NCBI GenBank assembly: GCA_027490975.1
Contig: JAIXXA010000145.1
Span: 5,723 to 69,722, forward strand
Origin: Rhodospirillaceae bacterium
Lineage (GTDB): Bacteria > Pseudomonadota > Alphaproteobacteria > CACIAM-22H2
DNA length: 64,000 nucleotides
Direction: 5' to 3'
The translations under genes and the position numbers were made by a program. The notes below the pieces were generated by a model. It was not told the origin of the DNA, ran no database searches, and saw only the letters and a list, made by a program, of their open reading frames with translations. This document shows, piece after piece, positions 10,044 through 18,702 of this stretch (its first letter is position 1; each line of letters starts with the position of its first letter).

Positions 10044-10844
10044 TCAGCTTTGCGCGAGGAACGCGCGCATGTGCGCTGCGACCTCGTCGGGTGCGGACTG
10101 GTGCGGGCAATGGCCGGTCGCGCGCAGGATCGCCAGCCGGCAGTTCGGCATCGTGCGCGCGACATAGTCGCCGACGAAAGCCGGCGCGATGGCGTCGTTG
10201 CTGCATTGCAGGGCGAGGCTGCGCACGCGCACGTTCGGCAGCATCGCGCGGCAATCGGACAGAAACGTCGCGTGGGCAAAGTCTTTGGCGATCTCCGGAT
10301 CCATGCGGCAGAAGCTTTCCCCGAGTTCCGCTGCTAGCTCGGGGCGCGCGGGATTGCCCATGATGACCGGGGCGTAGGCCGCACTCCAGCCGATATAGTT
10401 GCTCTCGAGATACTCCAGCAGCTGGTCGATGTCGTTGCGCGAGAAGCCGCCGCGATAGGCCCCGTCGTTGAGATAGCAGGGCGACGGCGCGATCATGACG
10501 AGATTGGCGACACGCTTCGGCGCCTCGGCGGCCGCCAGCATTGCGATCGTCGCTCCGACCGAGTGGCCGACGAGCGTCACCGTTCCGCCGCCGAAGGCTT
10601 CCACAATCTCGAGCATGTCTTGAGCGTAGCTGTCGAGCGTTGCGTAGCGGTCCTTGGCATAGGCGGAAACTTCCGACATGCCCGAGCCGACATGGTCGAA
10701 ACAGACGATCCTATGGCTCCCTTCGAAATACGGCACGAGCTGGCGCCAGACCGACTGGTCGCAGCCGAAGCCGTGCGCGAAGATGACCGTGTCCTCGCCG
10801 CTGCCCGCGACGTTCACGGCATTTCGCGAGGCGAGAGGGGCCAT
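10044..10844 (-). CDS. RsbQ-family alpha/beta-hydrolase
   Basis: Near-colinear match recalled to B. subtilis RsbQ (FAHGFGCDQSVW, GHSVGA nucleophile elbow, PSPCYLND, GHCPH); 13 nt upstream of the PAS-HK. Confidence 0.85.
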   Translation of the reverse strand: MAPLASRNAVNVAGSGEDTVIFAHGFGCDQSVWRQLVPYFEGSHRIVCFDHVGSGMSEVSAYAKDRYATLDSYAQDMLEIVEAFGGGTVTLVGHSVGATIAMLAAAEAPKRVANLVMIAPSPCYLNDGAYRGGFSRNDIDQLLEYLESNYIGWSAAYAPVIMGNPARPELAAELGESFCRMDPEIAKDFAHATFLSDCRAMLPNVRVRSLALQCSNDAIAPAFVGDYVARTMPNCRLAILRATGHCPHQSAPDEVAAHMRAFLAQS

Positions 10845-10927
10845 GGTGTCTCCCCAGTTTTGTCGTTCGTGGTAAGCGCAGGATGGCGCCGGAACGATTA
10901 AGGTCCGGTTAATCCGGCCTGTCTCCG

Positions 10928-11794
10928 CTAGCCTTCGTCGGCGGGCGGCGGTGCCGTTTCGCCTTGCGGCATTTCGGGCTCCGGGCTCGGGAACAGCGCG
11001 TCGGTGCGCCCGAGTTTGTAGTAATAGGCAAGGCCGATATATTCGCGGATCGCCTCGGACAGGAAATTGAGATTGTGCCCGAGACGGAAAGCGCTTTCGA
11101 AAGGCTGGTTGGGATCGGTCGCAAAATCGATCGGATATGCCAGAAGGTGCGGCCAGCCCGCCTTGCGGAACGTGCCGATCGCGCGCGGCATGTGGCGCGC
11201 CGACGTGATCAGGAGCCAGGTTTCTTCGGGCTCCGGCTTGATGAGGGCGAGGCTCAGCTTCGCGTTTTCGTAGGTGTTGCGCGACTGGTTTTCGAAGATG
11301 ATGCGCGTCGTGTCGAGGCCGATGCGCGCGAATATGCGCCGCACGACGTCGGCCTCGGTGTCCTTGCCGTCGATGAGTTCGATCGAACCGCCCGTGAAGA
11401 CGTGCCGGGCCGCCGGATAGCGGCGTGCCAGTTCGATGAACGCGTCGAGCCGCGGGCTGCCGGCGGCTAGCTGCGAGGATGGCACGCCGCGTTTGCCGAT
11501 CACGTAGTAGTCGATGACGCCGCCGAGCACGAGGATGCCGTCGATGCGCGGCGGCAGCGTGGCGCGCGGCGGAAAACGGTCTTCGATCGGGCGCAGCGCC
11601 ATCTGCCCGAGCGGGAACATTGCGACGGCGAGCGAGAACACGGCGGCGAGGCACACCAGCAACCGTCCGAGGCGCCACCACGGGGTCCACAGAACCAAAC
11701 AACCTGCAACCCACACCGACAGCAACAGGCTCGCCGGCTCGGCCACGAGCCAGAAGAGTTTGGAAAGATAGAGTTGGAAATCGCCGGCGCTCAT
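10928..11794 (-). CDS. YdcF/ElyC (DUF218) family membrane protein
   Basis: N-terminal TM helices plus DUF218-like core. Confidence 0.65.
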   Translation of the reverse strand: MSAGDFQLYLSKLFWLVAEPASLLLSVWVAGCLVLWTPWWRLGRLLVCLAAVFSLAVAMFPLGQMALRPIEDRFPPRATLPPRIDGILVLGGVIDYYVIGKRGVPSSQLAAGSPRLDAFIELARRYPAARHVFTGGSIELIDGKDTEADVVRRIFARIGLDTTRIIFENQSRNTYENAKLSLALIKPEPEETWLLITSARHMPRAIGTFRKAGWPHLLAYPIDFATDPNQPFESAFRLGHNLNFLSEAIREYIGLAYYYKLGRTDALFPSPEPEMPQGETAPPPADEG

Positions 11795-12147
11795 TTTTTA
11801 CGGCGTGCACTCTAGGCCGTCGCACGCTCGCAGCGCAACCGCGCCGACGCAAAATCGGCGGGATTATCAACGTCGTCGGCTCACGCCAGCACGGCGGCGA
11901 CAGGGAAAGCGTGTCTGGCGCGCAAGCTTCGCGCGCCGAAAGACTGCTTGATCTTGCCGTTCCAGTATCTGGCCGCACCCGAATACAAATCGACGGATCG
12001 CCCGCTTCGGGGCGGACTTCCCACCGGATCTTCTAAATCGAAACCGCCGCGCAAAAGAGCCGAACGGGCACCAAGCGGTCTCTAGCCTCCGTGCGCGTCG
12101 GCGGCTATAAGGCAGGGAACCGTTCTTGAGCGTCGGCGCGGCGATGC

Positions 12148-12237
12148 GGATGGGTGGCCGAGTGGTTTAAGGCAGCGGTCTTGAAAACCGCCGTCGGTGC
12201 AAGCCGACCGTGAGTTCGAATCTCACCCCATCCGCCA
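12148..12237 (+). tRNA. tRNA-Ser (anticodon UGA), 90 nt with long variable arm
   Basis: Acceptor GGATGGG/CCCATCC, anticodon loop cUUGAaa, long extra arm, T-arm GTTCGAATC, discriminator G plus CCA. Confidence 0.85.
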
Positions 12238-12340
12238 GCGGCCCGCAAGTTTGGCAAATGCCCTTCGTTTCCGCCCTGTTTCGTGACAGGATGATAGGCG
12301 TTGTTTAATCCATAGTTTCCGCAAATGAAATTGGACGAAA

Positions 12341-12904
12341 ATGCGTTTGGTTCTGGCAAGTCGGCGCAATGCGACGCTTTACGCCCATTGGGTGACGGCA
12401 AGCTTGCGCAAAGCAATGCCGACCAGCAAAGACATTGGACCCGCCACCCTGTCGCCGGATCTCATTCCCGATCTGCCGTATATTTACATCGCGCGCGTGA
12501 TGCGCGACGAACTCGGCACGTGGTTCAAATTCCGCCTGATGGGATCAAATCTGGGCGACAGACTGCAACAGGACGGCACGGGCCGCATGCTGCTCGACCT
12601 GCAGATCGGCGGCTGGGAAGAAGAATGGCGCCGCAACCTCGTCCAGACGGTGCAGATGAAACTGCCGGTCGTCGATGAAAGCATCATCAAGACCGAGGCT
12701 GGCTACGATCTCGACATCGAGCATCTGGCGCTGCCGATTTCCGAGGACGGCACGACCGTCGACCAGATATTCGGCTCGATCGATTTCATCGGGCAGACGG
12801 AAGCCGATCTTCAGAAGATGATCCCGCAGCTCGACTGGAAGAAGATCACTTCTGTCGAGCTTGCCAAGCGCATCATCATTTCGAACCTGCGCCTGCAGGT
12901 GTGA
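12341..12904 (+). CDS. PAS_5-type (alphaproteobacterial PAS-like) small protein, paralog 1
   Basis: About 180 aa; shares SRRNAxxYAHW…GGxE(D)EWRR…GSIDF blocks with the next gene. Confidence 0.6.
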   Translation: MRLVLASRRNATLYAHWVTASLRKAMPTSKDIGPATLSPDLIPDLPYIYIARVMRDELGTWFKFRLMGSNLGDRLQQDGTGRMLLDLQIGGWEEEWRRNLVQTVQMKLPVVDESIIKTEAGYDLDIEHLALPISEDGTTVDQIFGSIDFIGQTEADLQKMIPQLDWKKITSVELAKRIIISNLRLQV

Positions 12905-13025
12905 CTCAACGGCTCTGGTCTGTCGTGCCGCAGCGTCGCATCTATGCGGTAGTGCAAATGTCGGGGTTTTGCTACCATTCAGCGGCAAGGCGTTTCTGAG
13001 CGACATGTTCGTCGGCCCCCAATAG

Positions 13026-13604
13026 ATGGTGATGGCAGTGCGACCCGTGCTGACGAGCTCACGCAACGCGCATATCTACGCTCATTGGCTGTTGGCGCGC
13101 GGGGCCAAAAAAATGCCCTGTCGGCGCGAGTTCCAGCCCGACGTGATCCCTTTCGATCTCAGTCTCGAACTGCCGCAGATTTACATTGTCGAAATCCAAG
13201 GCAACGGCCCGCGTGCGGAATTCAGATTCAGCTTGATTGGCACGCTGCTCGCCGAACGCCTGAAACAGGACGCGACCGGCAAATATCTGTCGCAAATGAA
13301 GCTCGGCGGCTTCGAAGACGAATGGCGACGCAGCCTTACTTTTGCGCTCGAAACCAGGATGCCCGTCGTCTCCGAAAGCCAGATCGTCGCGGCGTCCGGC
13401 ATGCGGGTCGAGATCGAACATCTGCTCGTGCCGCTGTCCGAGAACGACGAGCATGTGGATCGGATTCTCGGTTCGATAGATTTCCTGAAAGCCGCCGACG
13501 TCGAAGCGCTGCGGCGCATACGCGAAATCGACTGGAACGCGATCGCCTCGCATGAACTCGCCAAACGCATCGTCGTCGCGAATTTGCGGATCGACGACGC
13601 GTGA
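13026..13604 (+). CDS. PAS_5-type small protein, paralog 2 (tandem)
   Basis: Colinear paralog of 12341..12904. Confidence 0.6.
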   Translation: MVMAVRPVLTSSRNAHIYAHWLLARGAKKMPCRREFQPDVIPFDLSLELPQIYIVEIQGNGPRAEFRFSLIGTLLAERLKQDATGKYLSQMKLGGFEDEWRRSLTFALETRMPVVSESQIVAASGMRVEIEHLLVPLSENDEHVDRILGSIDFLKAADVEALRRIREIDWNAIASHELAKRIVVANLRIDDA

Positions 13605-13634
13605 GGCTCGGCGACGAAGCTGCGGCTTTAGCCG

Positions 13635-13796
13635 TCAGGACTTATGGTCGCCGCTCTGCGCCTGCAGCTTGGCGAGAATTTTGCGCTGGTTCTCGAGCGT
13701 CTGGTTGATCTTGAAGTACCAGCAGAACGGCTCGCGAAAAACCAGCAAGGCAACGCCGAACATCGCGACGAGCAGGACTATAGTGACGTTGTCCAC
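13635..13796 (-). CDS. Small (53 aa) single-TM protein, GTG start; absent from ORF track
   Basis: GGAGA Shine-Dalgarno 6 nt upstream of GTG; hydrophobic helix (IVLLVAMFGVALLVF) then basic/amphipathic tail; below track size cutoff. Confidence 0.35.
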   Translation of the reverse strand: MDNVTIVLLVAMFGVALLVFREPFCWYFKINQTLENQRKILAKLQAQSGDHKS

Positions 13797-14103
13797 TTAA
13801 ATCTCCATTTTGACTTTGCGACTGCCTCGTAGAATTCGAACGATACTCCAGTTGGGCACTCGATTTGAAGGGGAAGGTTGGCGGCGCATGCGGCGCAACG
13901 CAGAAATCGCCGTTCTCGGATACCGAGTTTCCGTCAACAAAGGCAGTCCGCGACGTTGCTGTCGAGGCGAAGGAAAGGATAGCAATAGGGCTGGGCTGGT
14001 GAACGAAGTGAAGTCGCGCGCCGCGGCCGAAGTCGCCAACCGCGCCAAATCGAGTTTTGCGGCGGCAATGCTTAACTGAAATGCTTGACTGAAAGGATCG
14101 AAA

Positions 14104-14868
14104 TTGAGCGACGACAGCCGAATGGCGACGGGCGGCAAGCCGCTCTACGGAGCAAGGCTCGGGATTCTGATGCTGGAAGCACGCTTCCCGCGGATCCCGG
14201 GCGATATGGGCAATGCCGCGACTTGGCCGTTCCCGGTGCTCTATCGGCTCGTCAAAGACGCCTCGCCCGAGCGCGTCGTGCGCAACCGCGCCGAGGGCCT
14301 GCTCGATGCGTTCAAGCAGGCCGCCGCCGACTTGGTCGCGCAAGGGGCGGACGGCATCACGACGAATTGCGGTTTTCTGTCGCTGTTCCAGCGCGAGCTT
14401 GCGGCACATGCGGGCGTGCCGGTCGCAACGTCGAGCCTCATGCAGGCCCAGGCCATCCAAGCCCTGCTGCCGCCCGGCAAGCGCGTGGGCATCCTCACGA
14501 TCGACGCGGCGGCACTCACGCACGCGCATCTGGCCGCCGCCAATGTGCCCGCCGATACGCCCGTGATGGGGACCGAAGGCGGGCGCGAGTTCACGCGCGC
14601 CATTCTCGGCAACGAAGAGCGGCTCGATTGTGCGGCAGCCGAAGCCGACATGATCGATGCCGGGCGCGCCCTCGTTGCGCGCGATCCGTCGGTCGGTGCA
14701 GTGCTGCTCGAATGCACGAACATGGCGCCCTATTCGCGCGCGCTTGCGCAGGCGATCAAGCGGCCTGTGTTCGACATCTACGCGTTCGTGAACTGGTTCC
14801 ACGCCGGACTCGCGCCGCGCGATTTCGGGCCGCCCGGATCGGCCCCGCGCCCGTGGTCCGACCGGTAG
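14104..14868 (+). CDS. Asp/Glu/hydantoin racemase family protein
   Basis: Two-domain racemase-like pattern (GITTNCGFL … LLECTNMAPY). Confidence 0.65.
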   Translation: MSDDSRMATGGKPLYGARLGILMLEARFPRIPGDMGNAATWPFPVLYRLVKDASPERVVRNRAEGLLDAFKQAAADLVAQGADGITTNCGFLSLFQRELAAHAGVPVATSSLMQAQAIQALLPPGKRVGILTIDAAALTHAHLAAANVPADTPVMGTEGGREFTRAILGNEERLDCAAAEADMIDAGRALVARDPSVGAVLLECTNMAPYSRALAQAIKRPVFDIYAFVNWFHAGLAPRDFGPPGSAPRPWSDR

Positions 14869-14875
14869 TTCAGGG

Positions 14876-17800
14876 TCAATCGTCGGCGCTCGAGGCGGTT
14901 TTGGCTTCAGGGGCGGCGCGCAACGTGCGCTCGGGCGGAAACACGAGTGTGGCGACCGCGCCCTCGCCGATCCGGCTCGTAAGCTTGAGTTCGGCCCCGT
15001 GCAGTTTTGCGAGCGTCTGCACGAGCGCAAGGCTGCGGCCGCCGTCGCGCTCCACGTCGCGGCCGCCGCCGCTTTTCGACTTGGCAAGTCCCGCCTGGCG
15101 TCGTTTGAGAACTTCGTCGGCCGAAAAGCCGGGGCCGCCGTCGCGTACCGAAATCTCGATCTGGCCGTCGCGTTCGCGGATATGGATCGACACCAGCGAG
15201 TCGGGCGGCGAAAACCGCACGGCATTGCCCACGAGATTGAGCAGCATCTGGCGCACAAGCCCGGTGTCGCAGCGCAGGCGCGGCAGATCGCGCGCGATCG
15301 CGGCCGACAGACGGTGCCCGCGCCGGCCCGCATCGGCCTCGAGCATGCGCACGACCGAGCGCGCGATTTCGCCGGGATTGCCGTCGCTTTCGCGCAACAG
15401 GCCGGGGCCCGCATCGAGCTGCGAGAGATCGAACATGCGTGCGACGAAATCGAGAAGGTGTTCGGCGCTGTCGTGGATGTCGTGGGCACCGGCAGCGATG
15501 CTCGCCCCCCCTGCCCGCTCGAGCGCTTCGGAAATGCCGAGGATCGTGTCGAGCGGTGCGCGCATCTCGCGGCTCGCGTCGGCAAGGAAGCGCTCGCGGA
15601 ACGCCGCCTCTTCGCGCGCCTTGCTCTCGGCGGCACGCTGGGTGATCTCGGCGAGCTTGCGGTCGGAAATATCGATGTGGCTCACCACCGCCGCGCGCGC
15701 GCCGTCGAGCCAAACGGGCCGGCACGTGCAGCGGTACCAGCGCTGCAGGTCCGGCGAATGGCACGGATATTCGATGCTGAATTCGGCAAGTTCGCCCGCC
15801 AGCACGCGCGACAGCCCGCTTGCCACGTCGTGCGCCTCTTCGGCGCAGTCGCCGGTCGAGCTGCGGCACACTTCGATGTAGTTGGACCCCGCCCCGAAGC
15901 CTTCGCCCACCAGGCCGTTGAGGCGCGCGAAATCGTCCCAGGCTTTGTTGGTGGCGACGATGCGGCCGACGGCGTCGACAAGGGCCAGATGCGCGGGAAC
16001 CCCGTCGAGGGCCGCACTCTGCGCGCCCGCGAGCGCGCGCAACGCGGTTTCCTGCTCCTTGAGCACGCGCTGCGAGCGCACCGCTTCGGTGTTTTCGTAG
16101 AAAAACAGCAGAGCGCCGATCGTGGCCTCGCTGTCGTCGCGATTGGCGACGATGCTGAGCTGGTAGTCGCGGTCGGCGAGCGAAACCTGGCGCTCGAAGG
16201 CGCGGCCGCGCTGCAGCACGTTGTCGATGCGGCCGGCCAGATCGTCGAAGCCCGTCGCCTGGCGGATGCGCGATACGCCGTCGGCAAGATTTTCGACCGT
16301 GAGACCGAACGCTGCCCCCGCCGCCGAGTTGAAGCGCCGCACGCGGCCCACCCGATCCACCACGACAAGCGGAGCCGCGATCGAGTTCTGGATGTTCACG
16401 AGGTCGGTGTTGGCTTCGTGCAGCTCCGAGCTTTTCTGCTCGAGCTCTTCGTTGATCGTCTGCAGCTCCTCGTTGGTCGACTGCAGCTCTTCGTTCGAGG
16501 TTTCGAGTTCCTCGTTGGTGGATTGCAGTTCTTCGTTTGCCGATTGCAGCTCTTCGTTGGCCGACTGCAGCTCTTCGTTGGCGGTCTCGAGCTCCTCGGT
16601 CACCGTCTGCAGATGCTCGCGCGCGGCTGCAAGTTCGTGGCGGATTTCGACCACCACCTGCTCGGCACCCGGCTCGGGTGCTGCAAGATTGGCGGCAAGG
16701 GTCGATGCCGTGTCGAGGAAACTCACCAGATAATACTGGAGATTTTCGCCCGGCACCGGCACGAGGCGCACGGCCACGCGCACGCCCTTGCCGGTTTCGG
16801 GGTCGATGTCTGTCGCCTCGACCGCGATGTTTTCGCGCCGCGCCTTGTGCACGAGCATGCGGATCATCGTTCCGAGTTGTCGCGTGACGAGGCCCGCGAG
16901 CGTGAGATCGGGTTTGCCCGCCGTGATCTGCAGCACGCGCGCGACGTCGCCGTGCGCCTGCAGCAGGGTCAGGTTCTCATCCACGAGCACGGATTTCGGC
17001 GCAAACGCCTCGGCGAGGGCGCGCTCGATCAGCGTCTGGGTGGAGAAGCGCGGCGGGATTTCGACGCGCGGGCGAGCGGTCGGATAGGCCGCCCCGATCT
17101 GCACGAGATTGCGGATGCTGGGTTCGGCCCCGGCCGGCACGTCGCGGCGGCGCGACAATTTGGCCTTGCGGTCGATGGGCTCGAACAGGTCCGAATGCGC
17201 CCCCAGCGTTTCGGATTTGCCGAGCAGCAAGAGGCCGTTCACGCGCAGCGCCCGATGGAACAACGCGATCAGCTGCGCGTTCACTTCGGCCTTGAAATAG
17301 ATCAACAGATTGCGGCACGACACGATGTCGATGCGCAGGAAGGGCGGCTGGCGCAGCAGATTGTGCTTGGCGAAAACCAGGCGCTCGCGCACGTCTTTGG
17401 CGACCTGGTAGGCCTCGCCCGTATCGACGAAGTATTTCTGCACGAGATGCGGATCGACCGTCGTCAGCGCGTCGTACGGGTAGATGCCGCGCCGCCCGAC
17501 CGCGATCGCTTCCTCGTCGATGTCGGTCGCGAAAATCTGGACCTTGCGCGCGGTCTTGGCGCGCTCGAGCGCTTCGACGATCGAGATCGCGATCGAATAG
17601 GCTTCCTCGCCGGTCGAACAGCCTGGGATCCAGACGCGCAACGGTGCCGTTCGGTCGCCGACGGTCAGCAGCGAGTCGAGGGCGCTCGAGAACGCGTCGA
17701 ACACTTCCGGATCGCGGAAGAACGACGTGACCGGAATCATGATCGCCTGCGCCAGCCTGTCGAGTTCGTTGGGCTTGGCGCGCAGCAAGGCAAGGAAGGC

Positions 17801-18565
17801 GGCCGTGTCGGCCATGCGCGACGCGGCCATGCGCGATTCCACGCGCCGCTGCACCGTGCCGGGTTTGTAGTTCTTGAGGTCGATGCCGTGGCGCTCGTTG
17901 AGCAACGAGAAAATCTCGTCGATGTCCGAGAGCTGAACAACCGGCGGGGCCGGCGGGGCGAAGTCGCGCGGCGCATCGGCGATCTTGGGCAACTGCGCGC
18001 CGATCGCGTCGGGCGGCAGGATCACGTCGATCACGCCTGTATCGATCGCCGCCTGCGGCATGCCGTTGTACTTGGCGCTCTCCTCGTTCTGGACGATCGC
18101 GAGGCCGCCCGCCGCCTTGATCGCGCGAATGCCGGCTGCACCGTCGGTGCCGGTCCCCGACAGCACAATCGCGATCGCGCGCGGGCCGTAGGCTTTGGCG
18201 AGGCTCTCGAACAGAACGTTGACTGACGGTTTGGGACCGCGGTCGGCATGCGGTCGCTGCAGCACGATGGCATCGCCGCGCACCGATATGTCGCAATTGG
18301 GAGGCGTGATGTAGATCCGGTTGGCGGCAAGCCGCACCCCGTCGCGCGCCTCTTCAATGGGCACGCGGCTTTCGCGAGAGAGCAAGGCAGCCAGCATGCT
18401 GGCATGCTGTGGGGCAAGATGCTGGGCCACGACCACGGCAAAGCCGGTGTCGCTGGGCAGATTGCCGATGAGGGCGCGCAACGCTTCCAAGCCGCCGGCC
18501 GAGGCCCCGATCGCCACATAGGCGCGCGGCGCGTCACTTTCAGCAGGCTTGGCGTTGTCGCTCAT
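14876..18565 (-). CDS. CheB methylesterase-CheR methyltransferase-coiled coil-PAS-HisKA/HATPase fusion protein (1229 aa), H-box His replaced by Arg
   Basis: N-terminal CheB catalytic domain (GASAGG, GTDG), CheR SAM-MTase domain, about 10 heptad repeats (NEELQS), PAS region, kinase core with SREMRAPL in place of SHELRTPL and weakened G2 box. Confidence 0.85.
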   Translation of the reverse strand: MSDNAKPAESDAPRAYVAIGASAGGLEALRALIGNLPSDTGFAVVVAQHLAPQHASMLAALLSRESRVPIEEARDGVRLAANRIYITPPNCDISVRGDAIVLQRPHADRGPKPSVNVLFESLAKAYGPRAIAIVLSGTGTDGAAGIRAIKAAGGLAIVQNEESAKYNGMPQAAIDTGVIDVILPPDAIGAQLPKIADAPRDFAPPAPPVVQLSDIDEIFSLLNERHGIDLKNYKPGTVQRRVESRMAASRMADTAAFLALLRAKPNELDRLAQAIMIPVTSFFRDPEVFDAFSSALDSLLTVGDRTAPLRVWIPGCSTGEEAYSIAISIVEALERAKTARKVQIFATDIDEEAIAVGRRGIYPYDALTTVDPHLVQKYFVDTGEAYQVAKDVRERLVFAKHNLLRQPPFLRIDIVSCRNLLIYFKAEVNAQLIALFHRALRVNGLLLLGKSETLGAHSDLFEPIDRKAKLSRRRDVPAGAEPSIRNLVQIGAAYPTARPRVEIPPRFSTQTLIERALAEAFAPKSVLVDENLTLLQAHGDVARVLQITAGKPDLTLAGLVTRQLGTMIRMLVHKARRENIAVEATDIDPETGKGVRVAVRLVPVPGENLQYYLVSFLDTASTLAANLAAPEPGAEQVVVEIRHELAAAREHLQTVTEELETANEELQSANEELQSANEELQSTNEELETSNEELQSTNEELQTINEELEQKSSELHEANTDLVNIQNSIAAPLVVVDRVGRVRRFNSAAGAAFGLTVENLADGVSRIRQATGFDDLAGRIDNVLQRGRAFERQVSLADRDYQLSIVANRDDSEATIGALLFFYENTEAVRSQRVLKEQETALRALAGAQSAALDGVPAHLALVDAVGRIVATNKAWDDFARLNGLVGEGFGAGSNYIEVCRSSTGDCAEEAHDVASGLSRVLAGELAEFSIEYPCHSPDLQRWYRCTCRPVWLDGARAAVVSHIDISDRKLAEITQRAAESKAREEAAFRERFLADASREMRAPLDTILGISEALERAGGASIAAGAHDIHDSAEHLLDFVARMFDLSQLDAGPGLLRESDGNPGEIARSVVRMLEADAGRRGHRLSAAIARDLPRLRCDTGLVRQMLLNLVGNAVRFSPPDSLVSIHIRERDGQIEISVRDGGPGFSADEVLKRRQAGLAKSKSGGGRDVERDGGRSLALVQTLAKLHGAELKLTSRIGEGAVATLVFPPERTLRAAPEAKTASSADD
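16435..16615. repeat. Tandem 21-nt coding repeats (about 8-9 units) encoding NEELQ(S/T) heptads
   Basis: Repeated ctgcagctcttcgttgg-like units visible directly in the DNA. Confidence 0.8.
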
Positions 18566-18616
18566 TTGGACGGTATTCTAGCGCCCTTTCCGGTGCCGTC
18601 CACCCCTTCCCTGACC

Positions 18617-18655
18617 TGTTCCCGGCATTGGGTTTGTTCCCGGCATGGGGTTTGC
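18617..18655. promoter_or_regulatory. Tandem direct repeat (2 x 19 bp GTTCCCGGCAT(T)GGGTTTG) in divergent intergenic region
   Basis: Seen in sequence between the CheB/CheR fusion gene (-) and the monooxygenase gene (+). Confidence 0.4.
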
Positions 18656-18702
18656 TTTTGTCTCAAGGGCATGTCCGCCCCGCGCCACCGCCAGAAATCC
18701 AA

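Noticed and set aside
11795-12147. Promoter-like TATAAG upstream of tRNA-Ser
   Set aside because: About 37 nt from the mature tRNA 5' end with no matching -35 at correct spacing
12105-12416. 103-aa minus ORF
   Set aside because: Overlaps the tRNA-Ser gene; artefact
13642-15636. 664-aa minus-strand ORF
   Set aside because: Overlaps the racemase and the C-terminus of the CheB/CheR fusion in other frames; low-complexity Arg/Ala/Pro-rich product
14999-18226. 1075-aa plus-strand ORF
   Set aside because: Antisense to the 1229-aa CheB-CheR-PAS-kinase gene, which has clear domain matches; spurious GC-frame ORF
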